Positions 48,478 to 62,500 of a stretch of 64,000 nt of DNA are shown here, piece by piece. Within the stretch, counting starts at the first letter, position 1, and the number at the start of each line of letters is the position of its first letter. Under the pieces are notes generated by a model, which worked only from the letters and a program-made list of their open reading frames with translations, had not been told where the DNA came from and ran no database searches. The position numbers were made by a program, and so were the translations under genes. The DNA is from Chrysomallon squamiferum (Eukaryota; Animalia; Mollusca): assembly GCA_012295275.1 (NCBI GenBank), contig CM022676.1, positions 13,454,001 to 13,518,000 on the forward strand, given 5' to 3'.

Positions 48478-51400
48478 CAAAATCTGCTGTTATACAAAGT
48501 AAAACCTTTTTAGCGGTCTTGATTATGTTTGCATTAAGGAACTTCTATAACAGATTAACAATATATTAACTAAAACTGTGATAACTTCAAACCCCAGTTT
48601 ATTTTCTTTTTCCTTTATTCCCCCATAAATGAAAGAGCATCAGTGTTATTATTACAAACTTTGTTTTTATATAATGTAGAGATGTTTTTTTTTTTCTTTT
48701 TCCCACAAGTAAACCCTTTTGAGTATTTTTGGCCTGAACTCAGAATTTACCAATATGGAATTGTTGACCTGTGCTCTCAGTGTCTTTTGTTGTGGAATGT
48801 CCTGTATGAATGTTTTAATGAGACTAAACAGAATATTTAATTATTTTGATATGTCATTCTTAGATTTTTTTGTGTGTTTTATTAATAGGTAATGTTATGC
48901 TCACATTTTTCATTTATTTTTCTGTTTACTGTTGTGTCTCAGTTTTCCTGCAGATAACATTTTTTTACACTTTTTAAATGTTTTAATGTATTGTAATAGA
49001 ACTTTTTACAACTTTTAGAAACAACAAAATCATTTTCAGTAAGTGTTTTGTTTTTGTTTGTATATATATATTTGTGTGTTTACTCCAGTTTTCCTTAACA
49101 TTTTTAATTTTTAAAGCTTGTAATAGAATTTTTAAGTAGTGTTTGTATACATGTATTTACTCCATTCCTTCCTTTAACAAGCTTGTAATTATTTAAGTAA
49201 TAAACTGTATTTAGAATTTTTTTCTGTGACAATGTTTTATTCCATCTTTTGTTTCACACAATACAGAGGCAAAACTGAAATCATGTAAGTATAAGCATCA
49301 CATTAAATATAATGATAATGGTGAATATAAATAAAATTAATCTTCAGTTCAGTTTTGATAATGATACTAAAACATTGTGAAATAAATAGATGTAATAATT
49401 ATCTTAACTGACTCAGCATCGCCTGTTTTTAGTATATTATGCATTTTACTCCAGACTTTATTCCTGTTAACAAAAAAAATGAAAATAACAATAATAATAA
49501 TTATAGATATGTATCAGATTTTTGTGATTAGATTAAATATTAAAATTGTAATTTACAATACTTGTTAACATTACTAACTTCAAACTGTATATAACAATAA
49601 TTAAGTTGGCTTGTTATGAGGGATGTATATAACATTTAGACATCTATAGCAAAATAGAGAGAAGGAAAATGTACATGCTACAGTCTACTTTATTGTCCTT
49701 GTTTCTATTAATTAAAAAAAATGCTTTTCGTTTACTTTGTCAGTGTAAGGTTAAACATACTTGATTCTCATCTGTGTGTATGTGTGTGTGTGTGTGTGAG
49801 TTTGAATCTCAGTAATTGTTTGCATGTGTTTATATGTGTCTATATATGTGCATATGTATGGCTTACATCTAACCCTAACTCATTGCTACTCATCTGTGAT
49901 AGATTATTTATCTATTTTACATTACACAGTATTTTTGTGTAGTTAATTCAGAAATAAAATAGACAATTCTTTTACAAATACATGCATCTATCCTAATTAA
50001 ATTATTATGCACATATATTTACACATTTTCATGTTGTCAATACTCAGTTTATATTTGTTTTAACAGTTACATAATATTAGTCATCTAAGTTTGTTAGAAG
50101 TTCATCCGCATTTGTATTATGTGGTATTTTTCCTTCACAAATTCATAGAACATTACATAAATATAGAATATCTTAATTGAAATAGAGTTTGTTACACATT
50201 TCTGTAACACATTATTCACTTTTAGAACTTAAAGCAAATCTAGAAAGAAAGAAAATATTACACAAAACATAATAATATTCAAAGTTAGAAGCTATAAGTC
50301 AAATATAGAAATTAATTTGCATTTCTTCATTACATTACATGTGTACATATATCTATGTAAATATGCATCTAAAAATGTGTATCCATGGATTTGTATATGT
50401 ATGAGTGTTTCCTTATGTGCGTCAGTTTCTTCATATGTACTTAGGATAGATGGATAGACAGATAGAAAGACTAATTCTTATTATTTTAACAGACTGAAAA
50501 ATCATATGCAGTTGTGCATACAAAAGGTTAACTAAAGTAATCACTGAAATAAAATTATAACTGGAAATTATGTTATGCGGCTGGAGGAGATTATATGGAA
50601 CATACAGCAACTTCCCACAGCTGTGTTACCCACCACTATTAAAGTATGTTCCCATGAGTTTACTGTGACATGAGTATCACTGCAAATTTAAGGCTTTTGA
50701 AAATGTTAGCAGAAGAGCTAAACGTTATAGTTCAACAGTATTGTGAAAAATAAGACAATACGCCCATCATACAGTATTTGCTGTATAAGAATTACTTCAA
50801 ATAATGCAATTCAGTATGAATAAAAACTTTTGTCAATAGAGTTCAGAGTGTAATCCATTAATGACAAAAATACATGACTTAACAGCATTGTTGCATATGA
50901 CATAAAGATATATTTATGTGTTTTTGTATTCCTTCGATAACAAAGAAATAAAAGAACTTCCCTGTATTGAACAGAACGCATTTCGTATGATATGGTAATA
51001 TTTAAAAAAAATTTAAAAAAATAAAATACGATCAATGCATTCATGATACGAACATACCAGGATCTTGGTATAACATTGTTTCAGACAATTATAAAAAAAA
51101 GATAATATAAATAAGAATGACATAACAGTTTGTAACAACAACAAAAATTATAATTACTATTGTTTTCCGTTTTTTCCAAGCGGCTGAAAAACGAAATCAG
51201 TTGAGAAAGAGAGGAAAAAATATTTTACTCTTTTTACTTTTTCTTTTCCTTCTTTTTCTTTTTTATTTGTCTTTCTTTCTTTCTTCATTTATTTACTTGC
51301 TTATGCACTTATTTGTTTGTTTGTTTGTTTATTTGTTTATTTGTTTATTATTATATTTTTCTCTTATATTTATAATATTATTATAATATTTGACTCTTTT

Positions 51401-51789
51401 CATTTCTCATTTTCTTTCCTTATTTTTCTTCATTTCTTTCTTTCATTCTTCATTTGTTTATTTGCTTATGTACTGTTCTTTGTTTGTTTATTTATGTACT
51501 TATTTATTTATTTATTTATTTATTTATTATGGTAGTAGTAATAATATTGTAGCCTAGGCTGATAAAGCAGAAGACGACAGTTCACATGTTAAAAAGCAGA
51601 AATGTTTTATTTTACCAGTTTCTGTCAGTCATCTTGTGCTGTTAAGTTTCAGACTGACAGAGGAAATGTGGTGACGACTAAAATAAGTTATTTGACTAAA
51701 AACAACGCGGTTTTCACAGACAGGATCAACATACCCGATTATTTAATAACCACACTAGGGCCTGTGGCTGGAACGAGAAATTGATAATT

Positions 51790-51792
<3 letters not shown>

Positions 51793-51869
<77 letters not shown>
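51793..51869. repeat. (CT)n microsatellite
   Basis: Direct reading. Confidence 0.95.
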
Positions 51870-51870
<1 letters not shown>

Positions 51871-52151
51871 ATATTTGGAAAAGAGATAGAAAGAGGACAA
51901 AGGGGTGGGGATATAGAGAGCAAGTGAGATTGTTATATTTGTTTTATTATGTATTATATATTATATAAAGCCCCATATTAAACAAATTATAGTAAATAAT
52001 AAAACAAATATAATAAGTAGATATTTCTGTAAAATATTTTCTAAGAACAAGATAAAAATACGTTCTAATTTTAGACTGAATTCAGCAGGATAACTCAACT
52101 GTATATTAAAGAAACAAAGAAATAAACTGTGTTTAATATGAAATATTTATT

Positions 52152-52208
<57 letters not shown>

Positions 52209-52311
52209 GTTTTTTTCTCGGTGCATGTTACGATAATAAAAATGTTGCATTAAACAACTGAAGAAAATGAAATTATTGTTAACAATGTAGGCGGTTAATG
52301 AAATATTTACG

Positions 52312-52366
<55 letters not shown>

Positions 52367-52404
52367 AATAAAATAAATAAAAAGTCGACAAATTTAGCAA
52401 ATTT

Positions 52405-53142
52405 ACGGTCTAAGGGAAATAACTCTATTTAAAAATGCCGCAAAATGCTTAAAAAATGCCTCGAGTGAAAGAAATCTTTTATACAATATATTTGATAAAA
52501 ATAAATTTTAAAGTATTGTTGGAATAAGAGGACTCATTTTATTTTTATCATTATAAATTTCTGTTTTTCAATACCATAAATTACCAGGAATAACTCTATT
52601 TTAGTATTTCGATCTAGTCAGAAATGGCCATTTTACACAATATTACTAAAAATATGAAAAAGGTAAAATTATATGAAAACTTTATGTTTAAAGTAAGTTT
52701 TTCGAAACGAAGGAATTTACATTTATTGTATTTATTACTAATTTATATTTATTGTTTACATTCATACCTTTATTTCAGTTTTATTAGTATATGAATTTTA
52801 GTTTGTTCCGTTCATAGAAACACATACACACACACACTGACCTATATTTGAAAATATAATTTGTTTATACCTAGGTTTTGTATGAAATACAAAACAAATT
52901 AATGTTATGGTCTAAGAGGAACAACTCTAAAATGAGTTTTCCGATTTACTTGTTTTCGTTAACTATGTTACAAAATTTAATACAATTACAATATAGTTAC
53001 GTTTTAAAAAATACTGAAAACAAGAACTCAATAATTACATTTATTCCAGTATTAAGGAATAAGAGAAAATTAAAATTAATTCAAAGTACAACCAAAGTGA
53101 CTGTTCCGAAGTTATATTTTAGAGTTATTCCCCTTACACCGT
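52405..53142. mobile_element. Non-autonomous TIR element (MITE-like), ~740 bp
   Basis: ACGGTCTAAGGGAAATAACTCTA at 52405 vs TAGAGTTATTCCCCTTACACCGT at 53120-53142; internal partial copies near 52585 and 52910. Confidence 0.7.
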
Positions 53143-53274
53143 TAAATTTTTTTTCTTGAAACTAATCCTAAATGTATATATTTTGCTTTTCTTTCCTTTT
53201 AGTTTATTTATTTATTAATTTTTATCAGCGCTAGTAATATATTTTTTTATTCTACTCATTAATCTTCCCTCTAT

Positions 53275-53342
<68 letters not shown>

Positions 53343-53944
53343 AATAGTAATAATAATAATAACAATAATACTAAATTAATATGAAGTTACTTTTAGCATT
53401 AACCTTTGACAATTTTTGGCTTTTATGACAAAAAAATTATAATTTGCACTTCTTCTTTTCATTTACTTCATTTAAAAATGTTATTCAGTATTTGTTTAAC
53501 TTTTTTTTATTTAATTTAATTTTATTTCTTATTCAAGCTTTACATTTATATATTAAAAGTTAAAATATGATCACAATATGGAATAAATGTCAAATTAAAA
53601 TAAATTTGTTCTCTACGTAATCTTTCTTTCTTAATAAATGAAAAATAAAATAGTTTGTTGTTTCAATCTTTTTTGTTTCTTTTTTGTTTATGTATTTATT
53701 ATTAGTAGTAGTAATACTGGTAGTTGGAGTAGCAATAGAAGTAGTTTCCCTTTCTGTTTCCTAGACTTTATTTTGTGACATATTTAGAGTTATGGTTATG
53801 GTTATGGTGAAGACTTGGGTTAGAAATATTTTGTAGATAAAACATGTCAAATGTTAAAAATATTAAAAATGTGTTTTAGAATAAAAAAATTAAAAAAACA
53901 TAAAGTAAAACAACAACAACAAAAACAACAACAATAACAACAAC

Positions 53945-53984
<40 letters not shown>

Positions 53985-54520
53985 TAGTAATAATAAATAA
54001 TAAAATTAACAATAACAATAATAAATAAGTAAATAAACAAATAAATAAATAAATAAATAAATAAAACAAATTAATTCAGTAAATCCAGGACGTTGCTTAT
54101 CAAAGTTAGAAACAGACTTAAATGCAAATATTTCCTAAAACATAATAAAGAATAAGATGGATATTAATTAATAATTAATTGAATCAAATTTAGTTTTCTT
54201 TATTTTTTAGTTTTTTTAGTTTTTTTTACAAAGAGGATTTAGGCCTTGGCCAGGGTTGCTAGGATTAGGGTTTGATGTCAGTCTCAGTTTAAATTTTTAT
54301 TATATAACCTGATGAAGCATTATGTATAATACTTAAAATGATTCATTTGTAACTTACACACAAGAGTAAATGTATTTAAATTTAATCCATTTCCTCACAT
54401 ACAGTACATTTTTACTCAACATAAAATGTATCTCTGATGACTACACTAGAATTTGACAACTCACTTATTAACTTGACTTTGATTACTGCATCAACAATTA
54501 TTATTTATCTAAATGAGGCA

Positions 54521-54623
<103 letters not shown>

Positions 54624-54713
54624 TACAAACTTAAAATATTTTTTTAAAATAATAAAATAAAATAAATAAGTAAATAAATAAATACAAAATGTAATCAACA
54701 AAACCTCCAAAAC

Positions 54714-54819
<106 letters not shown>

Positions 54820-55721
54820 CTTGTATTAATGGAAAATCTAGAAGATGCAAAACTGTCCTGCACATGAATATGTGGGGACTGCAAAACAAAGTTCGTTCTC
54901 AGTTTAAATCTTCTGTGATGGTGTGCAAAGTGGAGGCTGTATTTTTTCTTCTGAGACAGTTAATTGATTTTCGACTGAGAAAGAAAGCATATTGGAAGTA
55001 TATGAAATATATTTTGATTTCTTCGCATTCTAAGAAGACCTACTTAAATAGCTTTGATATTTGTACTTGATTAATGTTCCTAATACCACTTAACGTATTC
55101 ATTTTTTAAGGAATCTACTTTCAATTGTCTTCTTTACATTTCTGAAGGCTAGCTTCTAATGTAAATAAAGTTTGTTAATGAAAATACAAATATTAATAAA
55201 AAAATAGATAATTAAAAACAAAGAAATATCTTTTAAACTAAATGTATTTATTATGCTACTGTTTGCTATTAGTACATTACAAACTTTTAGTTATTGGAGG
55301 ACATTTTCTTTTTGTATGTTTTACTCTTTTAGACATTTTTAAGATGCACTTGGCTTCTTTTCACATAAGCTGTAAAGATTATTTGTTCCTGGGATTTTGT
55401 TTGGACAAGTTTGCAATACTCACTGTAACAATACTTAATGTCTAATTCTTCTCAAACATTTTGTTCCTAAAATCACAACTACATGCATTTCAACTGTATT
55501 ATCTTTCTTCTTGAAATTCGCAACCATCATAAAGAAGCAAGTGTTTAGTACTGCATGTTCCCTGTATGAATTTAAAATATTTACCACAAACACACTTTTA
55601 TGATGTTTCCATATAAATTCTTGAATGAAAACATTCAGTAAATTCATCTGCAGTATTTATTTATTTATTTTTTTTATTTTTATTTTTTTTATTATTCTGC
55701 TTATTGTTGTTGTTATTGTTG

Positions 55722-55758
<37 letters not shown>

Positions 55759-56392
55759 ATTTACAACAAATGTTATTGTTTCACTTTATTATAATAATAA
55801 TGATAATAATAATGTGTGCGCTACTCTTTAAAACATTTCGTCAAATTTATTGAGTATAACATGATATAAGTACAAAAAAAAGTAAAAATTTAACATGATA
55901 TTTATTTTGAAAGGAAATATCGAGAAACATAATCAACATTTACGAAATAGAACAAACGCTGATTTACTTAATAAATAAATAAATAAAAAATGAAATCAGT
56001 CTGTTATTTTATGTATTCATGTGAAAATATATGGAATAAGAGAGACTATAAGATATAGTCAGCATATGCATTTTTTTTTTCTTATACATTTGATTTTCAA
56101 TTCCTTTATTAAATTATTTTTCATATCAAAATTCTCTGTTCATCTTCAATTTACAAAAGCAATTCCTTAGAAATGTCTTTTCAAGGAAACGTCTGACACG
56201 ATTGGTGTTTCTTTTCACTAGAAAATATTTTCTTATATTGTGTTATATAACAGTTAAACAATTAGTTTCTGGTTATTGAATTTAGCTTCTTTCAAAGAAA
56301 ACGTGAAGTATCAGTGTAAGTAGATAGAATACAGTAGCTATCATATTGATTAAAAACGTACACAATGTAAAGTTACCTTCATTATAATAATA

Positions 56393-56511
56393 TCATTTGT
56401 CACTTTTCTTCAGATTTTCATACAGGTTCAGTTTAGTGTATTGTGGTTCTTCTCTGCTTTCTTGCAGACCTTGATACGTGTGGTCAGCTGTTACAGTGTT
56501 ATTTACAGCAC
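56393..56511 (-). CDS. Gene E terminal ITAM exon
   Basis: GAVNNTVTADHT-YQGL-QESREEPQ-YTKL-NL-YENL-KKSDK*. Confidence 0.87.
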
Positions 56512-59500
56512 CTGAAATAATTTTAAATGTTTAAATAAAATATATTCTCTTTAAAATAACACTGATTTCATTATAGGTTAAGAAATATAATTATGTTTAC
56601 CAGTTTGTCTCAGATTTTCGTACATCTCAATTCTTGAGTATTCAGTAGTATCTCTGTTTTGTTGAAGTCCTTCGTATGTTTGATCTGTAACTGGACTAGG
56701 ATGTTCCATAACTGTAAAGGTAACAGAAATCAGAAACTGATAGACAAAATATTACAACATTTAGAATTGTGTTCAGGAAAATACTGAACTGTTACAAAAA
56801 CAGCAACAACGACTATTACTGCTGGTACTACAAGTATTAATGCTACAACGTAATTTTATGTAATATTTGTGAAAGATTTTATCGTATGTTTTGTGTGTTT
56901 TTTTGTTTTTTTACCGTTATGCTAAAAGGTAAGAATCTTCAGGTATAGATTATTATAATTGAAGGATTCACAATGAAGAAAATAACCTACAAGACAGTTA
57001 CTGTTATTGTTTAATTTATCACAATTTGCAGATTGTTTAAGAAGATACCAGATTTGTTTGAAAATGGTCCACGTCTTCTAAGCAAGAAAACAAGTATCAC
57101 TATGACAACAATGACAGTCACAGAACCAACAGCTCCTCCTACAGCTGCACCAAGCAGAGAACTAGAACCAATCTGTTCTTCTGAAGCTGTAATAGATAAA
57201 TAACAACTATAAAGTATAATACCATTTTTTTCTTCTAAAGATGTAATTGTTAAATAACATATATAATACCATTTTGCTGTTCTACAGATGTAAATGATAT
57301 TAATATTTCACTTATAATTGTTTTTCTGTAAACGAAAGAAACACTATTTTATTATTAGTATTATTAATAGTAATTAAATACCATAGTAACATTTTATTCT
57401 TCAGTAACTGTTATCAATGCTTAATGATGATTGATATTATTATTATTTTTTAAATGTTTATCATGGAAAGGTGATTAATAATTAAATACAAGCAATAATG
57501 TTGTTATAAAATTGTAATTACAAAATAAATATCAAACAAATTCATCTTTTTATTATAAAACCGTAAAATGTATTAATGTGTATGTATATGTGTGTGTGTG
57601 TGTGCGCGCGCGCAGGGATATATTGACTTACGAGTGCCCCAACTGAATCTCGATCACAAAACGAATTAAACTCGTAAGTCAAGGTATCACTGTATATATA
57701 TGTAATTTTCCGCCTGCTTGTTAAGACAATTTCTAATGTTAGTAAAAAGAAAGAAAACCTTTCAGATGTGTGATTGGATTATACTAAAAATCAGCAGAGA
57801 GAAGAGTGATAAATATTGTATGGAAATGAATGAAATGTAAGATACTTCCACTGAAAATGAATAAAATTCTGTAACAAAAGAAAATAAATATACTCATTCG
57901 CATAGAGATACACGAAAACACACATGCAATCTTACACTCAGAGCTGTATAAACAGTAATACACTAATAGTATATACTCTGTAACTGGAATAAAACATCAA
58001 AAGGTAATAAATCCAATATTACCAAACATGATAAAATTCAATTAAATGATTTAACTATAAAGCTATATATATTTATACTGAGAAATTGTAGAACATATAA
58101 ATATTTCATACGTATTTATTTTCATCGTTTTTGTACATATTTTATTTTATTTTACTACTGGTACTACTACTAACAAAATAATTTTCATTTAATTAAATTT
58201 AATAGCAGATAACCTTTTGTAATTACTTGAAAAATGACGTAATTGCTCATATTGTCTTGAGTTCTTTTGTTTTCAGCAGAAATTCTGACATCATAAATTG
58301 TTTTGTCTTTGAGATTGCTGATATTAAAATATATTTTCTGTCCTTGTGTTTAGTAATCGAACAGTTCACTATGGCAAGTAGTAATCCAGTTAATCTTTAC
58401 TTACCCTGTGTTTTAACTTCAAGTGTAACATATTTACTGATGTTATTTGAAAGTCTGTTACTCTCAGCTGTCAGTCGAATATTGTAAACTTGTTTAGGCT
58501 GAAGATCTGTGATGTTGAAAAATATTTTGTGTCTGTATGCTGAGTCATCAAATAATTCACTTTGCCAAGCAGTTATCCAGTTAGATTCACTTTGTGCTTT
58601 GTACTGCAGTATAAATCTTTGTTTGAAATTACCACCTGGGTAGTTAGGTACCCATGACAAGAACACTGTGTCTGATGTTGATTCTCTTTCTTGTTGGAAC
58701 TCTTTAGGAGGAAGAGGTGGACCTGCTCCAGTTAGGTTCACAGAAAACTGAGAACATCCAACTTCATTACAGACAGTCAGCTTGTACATTCCAATGTCAT
58801 CTTGAGTAAAATTACTGATACTGAGAGAAAACTTGTAACCAGAATCTGCTACTGTCTTACTGTGTATTTGTAGTGTGATGTTTTCTCTTGTGACCTGACT
58901 GTTGTTAAAGTCAGTTTGATCATCAAATTTACTCCAGGTAAAAGTTGTGTAACTTGGATTACAAAACATAGATTTGTGTAATACAACAGGATTTCCTATC
59001 TCAGCTCCCACAATGTTGTCCATTTTGTTAATGATCTTAGGTGCAGCTGAAAGTAAAAATAACCATATTAATTATAATCATTTAAACTACTGCAATATTG
59101 AATATTTGAATGCAGCTGAAAGTGTAATTATATGAATGATAAACAGTTAAACTATTGCATTATTAAAAAGAGATTATATTTGAATGCAGCTGAAAGTATA
59201 ATTATATTAATGATAAAGATTTACCTATTGTATTGTAATGTGTGTTTATTTTAAACATGTGAAGAGTAATAATTCTTAACAAAAGTAATTTGAAATATTG
59301 TAGTGTTCCAGAGGATTTAATCAATTTTTACAATACATGAACAAATTTAGACATTCAACATTAAGAAATATAAAGATCTGAATTTTTAAAACACATGGAT
59401 GCTGCTGTGTTCTTTGTTAAGTATAACTCAATTTTATACATTATTGAATATTTGTTCTTCTTTCGAACTTTTAATTACTGAACCAATACTGTTTAGTTAT

Positions 59501-62500
59501 CATTCAATCTCTCGGTCATAAAATTGATGCTGATCTCATAAATGGTTTTTCTCCCAAACTGTATAACAAAGCAATGAAATCTGTTTATAGCCTAACAGTT
59601 AAAAGTCGTCAGAATAACCTCCCCATCAACTGTGTAGTTGATTTATTTGATAAATTAATACAGCCAATTTTATTGTATGGTTGTGGAATACGGTGCTTTA
59701 CAAATATATAACTAATAGAAAGACTCCATATGAAATTGTGTAAGTATTTACTAAATGTTAATAAATGTACCCCTGGTTTTATGATCTATGGTGAACTCGG
59801 ACGGTATCCCCTTTGTATTTCTATAAAAGTAAGAATGATAACGTTTTGGGGGAACCTAATTTGCAAAACCCAAAACAAGATTTCCTCACAACTATATTAT
59901 TTAATGCATGTTATCGATTCTGCTTACAACAAATTTGTAATAAATATTGAAGATGTTTGTGGTTTAACATATATATGGACGTATTACAACTTTGATAATG
60001 TTAAATGGTTACATATCCAAAATATTACATGATCAGTTTTAACAATTATGGAAAAATCAAACTGAAACATTTCTAAAGGCTATTAATTATAATTTTTTTT
60101 AAAATGAACTGAAATTAGAAAACCATCTTATTTTGCTGTCTCAGAAGAATGCTAATATCTTATGTAAATTTAGAACCGCGAATGCTAAACTTCCTTTTGA
60201 AACTGGACGATGGTCTAATATTCTAAGACTCTTAGTAAGAGACAACAGAAAATGTTATATCTGTAATCTTAACAAAATTGGAGATGAATGTAATGATCCT
60301 GTATTATTAAATGAAACAAAAGGTATCCAAGATAAATATATGAGACATTCAAATATAATTTCATAAAATAATTTGTTTAACAGTAAAAATATATTTTTAT
60401 TAAAAAAGCTATGTTTGGTAATAAGAACTGTATGTGAGAGTATGTCCTCCACTTTAAAATTCCACATATGTGTATTATAATTTTGTTATTATGTAGCTGT
60501 AATACATTCTTCTCTGTACTGTAATCCTACAGTTTATGACAATAAAGTCACTGTCATTGTCATTGTCATCAACAATTTTTATCTTTCCAGAGCTTCACTC
60601 TTAATACCAAATATAACAGTGTTGACTTGTCTATATCACACCAGTCCAAGTTCAAAGCTTGTTTCTGGTTACTGCTGAACAAAGAAAACATAGACAGACT
60701 GAAAAATGTGGAAGTCATACGGGTGTTAAATTTATTGTTACATGGATAACAAATGTTGGTTCAATTATAGACCAGTATACAAGTCCTTCTTAAAAGATTA
60801 GTTTTGTTGCACGGATGCAATTTGTTACAGAATGAGACAAAGATGTAAGAAATCTCTCAGCTATCTAAGGTGAATTCACTGATTATTAATCACATGTGCT
60901 GAGGTGTAGACTCCATGTTTGACCCCTCAATCTTTGGCTACATATAAAGCTACTAACTTTATGTTTATCAATGATTTTCTGTAAATATGGAGTAATAAAT
61001 ACAATTTTGGATGAAGTTTACTTCATTAATTTGATTCACCAGGAAACTGATTTATTTCTTTTACCTTTTTACCCTTAAATACGTCTGAAAGGATTTTTTA
61101 TAAATAGCGATTGCTATGTCAACTGTTAGCATAGTTTTAAGGAAATAAAATAAAAAAATTGAGTTTATAATATATTTCAAAAAAAGGTTGTATATATATA
61201 TATACACACATACAAGATAAATACAGTTAAATAATTTTCTTCACAACTAGAATTATTTAAAAATTATTACTATTAAAAAATATGGAAACTATGTTACACA
61301 TTACATTTGAGAATTCAGTAGCCATTTATGAAACCTGCATAGAAATTTGGAACATGACAGTGAACAGATGTTAATTGAGGTATTATTATATAGGTTGTGG
61401 AAGTTCAGTAAACATTATTGTTTTGTTATTAAATTATAGATTGGTACCTTTAACATAAACACTGCTGATTTTGTTTTGTAGTAAACGTCCATTCCTGTCT
61501 GGGATTCCATTTTCCACAATACAGACGTAGATTCCACTGTCTTCAAATGTAACAGGATTAAACTTCAATCTGTACTGATTACCTGTTACCTTTGTTCCTG
61601 ACACATCTTGAATAAACACGTCATTCCAGTAATGTTTGAAGTGTTTGAAGTTCATGTTGTCAGGACGACCATCAGCAGAACAGTTGATATTCAGTGACAT
61701 GTTTTCAGTTGTGTTTAAAGAAGGAAAAGTCAGATCAGGAGCATCTGTAAACAATTACTAAATTTACAGTAATAAACCAAGTCATCAAGTTAAACAAGTC
61801 GTCATACACTTGATAATCTAACTGTCTGCCTAAAGATAACAGATCACAATAACTAAAACAAGATACTATTTTATAAATATGTTATATGTACATTTACAAT
61901 TCCATTTTATAAAAAAACAAAAATGCAAAACAAACAAACCCCAACCCCCCCCCCCAAAACTAGAAACATTGCTGATAAATACTTAATTAGGAATTAAAAT
62001 ATAATTTACATAGAAAGTTAACAGAAAACTCAAATAATTAGTGTTTTAATTACTCACAGTTAACTATAATTTTAATCTGAGATGTTCCAGTTAGTGTTGC
62101 CAGTGAAGATGACGCTGTTGCTGTACACGTGTATGTACCGTGGTGGTCTCTGTCAAGTACTGGAATATGTAAAGGGAAACCACCAGTCCAGTGAGGTGAG
62201 GTTGATGTCCAGTTGAGTGTTGTGTTTGGAGGATTGTTGTCTGCAGAACAGTTGACTACATCCAGACTTTGTCCTTCCCGTCTTATGATTGGTCCTGATT
62301 TATCAATACTCACTCGTGGTTGGTCTGTTAAAAATTAAGAATAAGAATGATGTAAATGTGAAATTTAAAGTATGTAAACTGCTGACTCACCTCATATTTT
62401 TCCACAATCTTTCTATTAGATATACTTATATAAATAAACATAATAAGATGATATTTTCTCAATGTTCAGTTTAACAAATAATAAAATCCTATTTGTTGAT

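Noticed and set aside
51602-51784. Exon-like 60-aa ORF with an AG acceptor
   Set aside because: No recognisable motif and no partner exons found.
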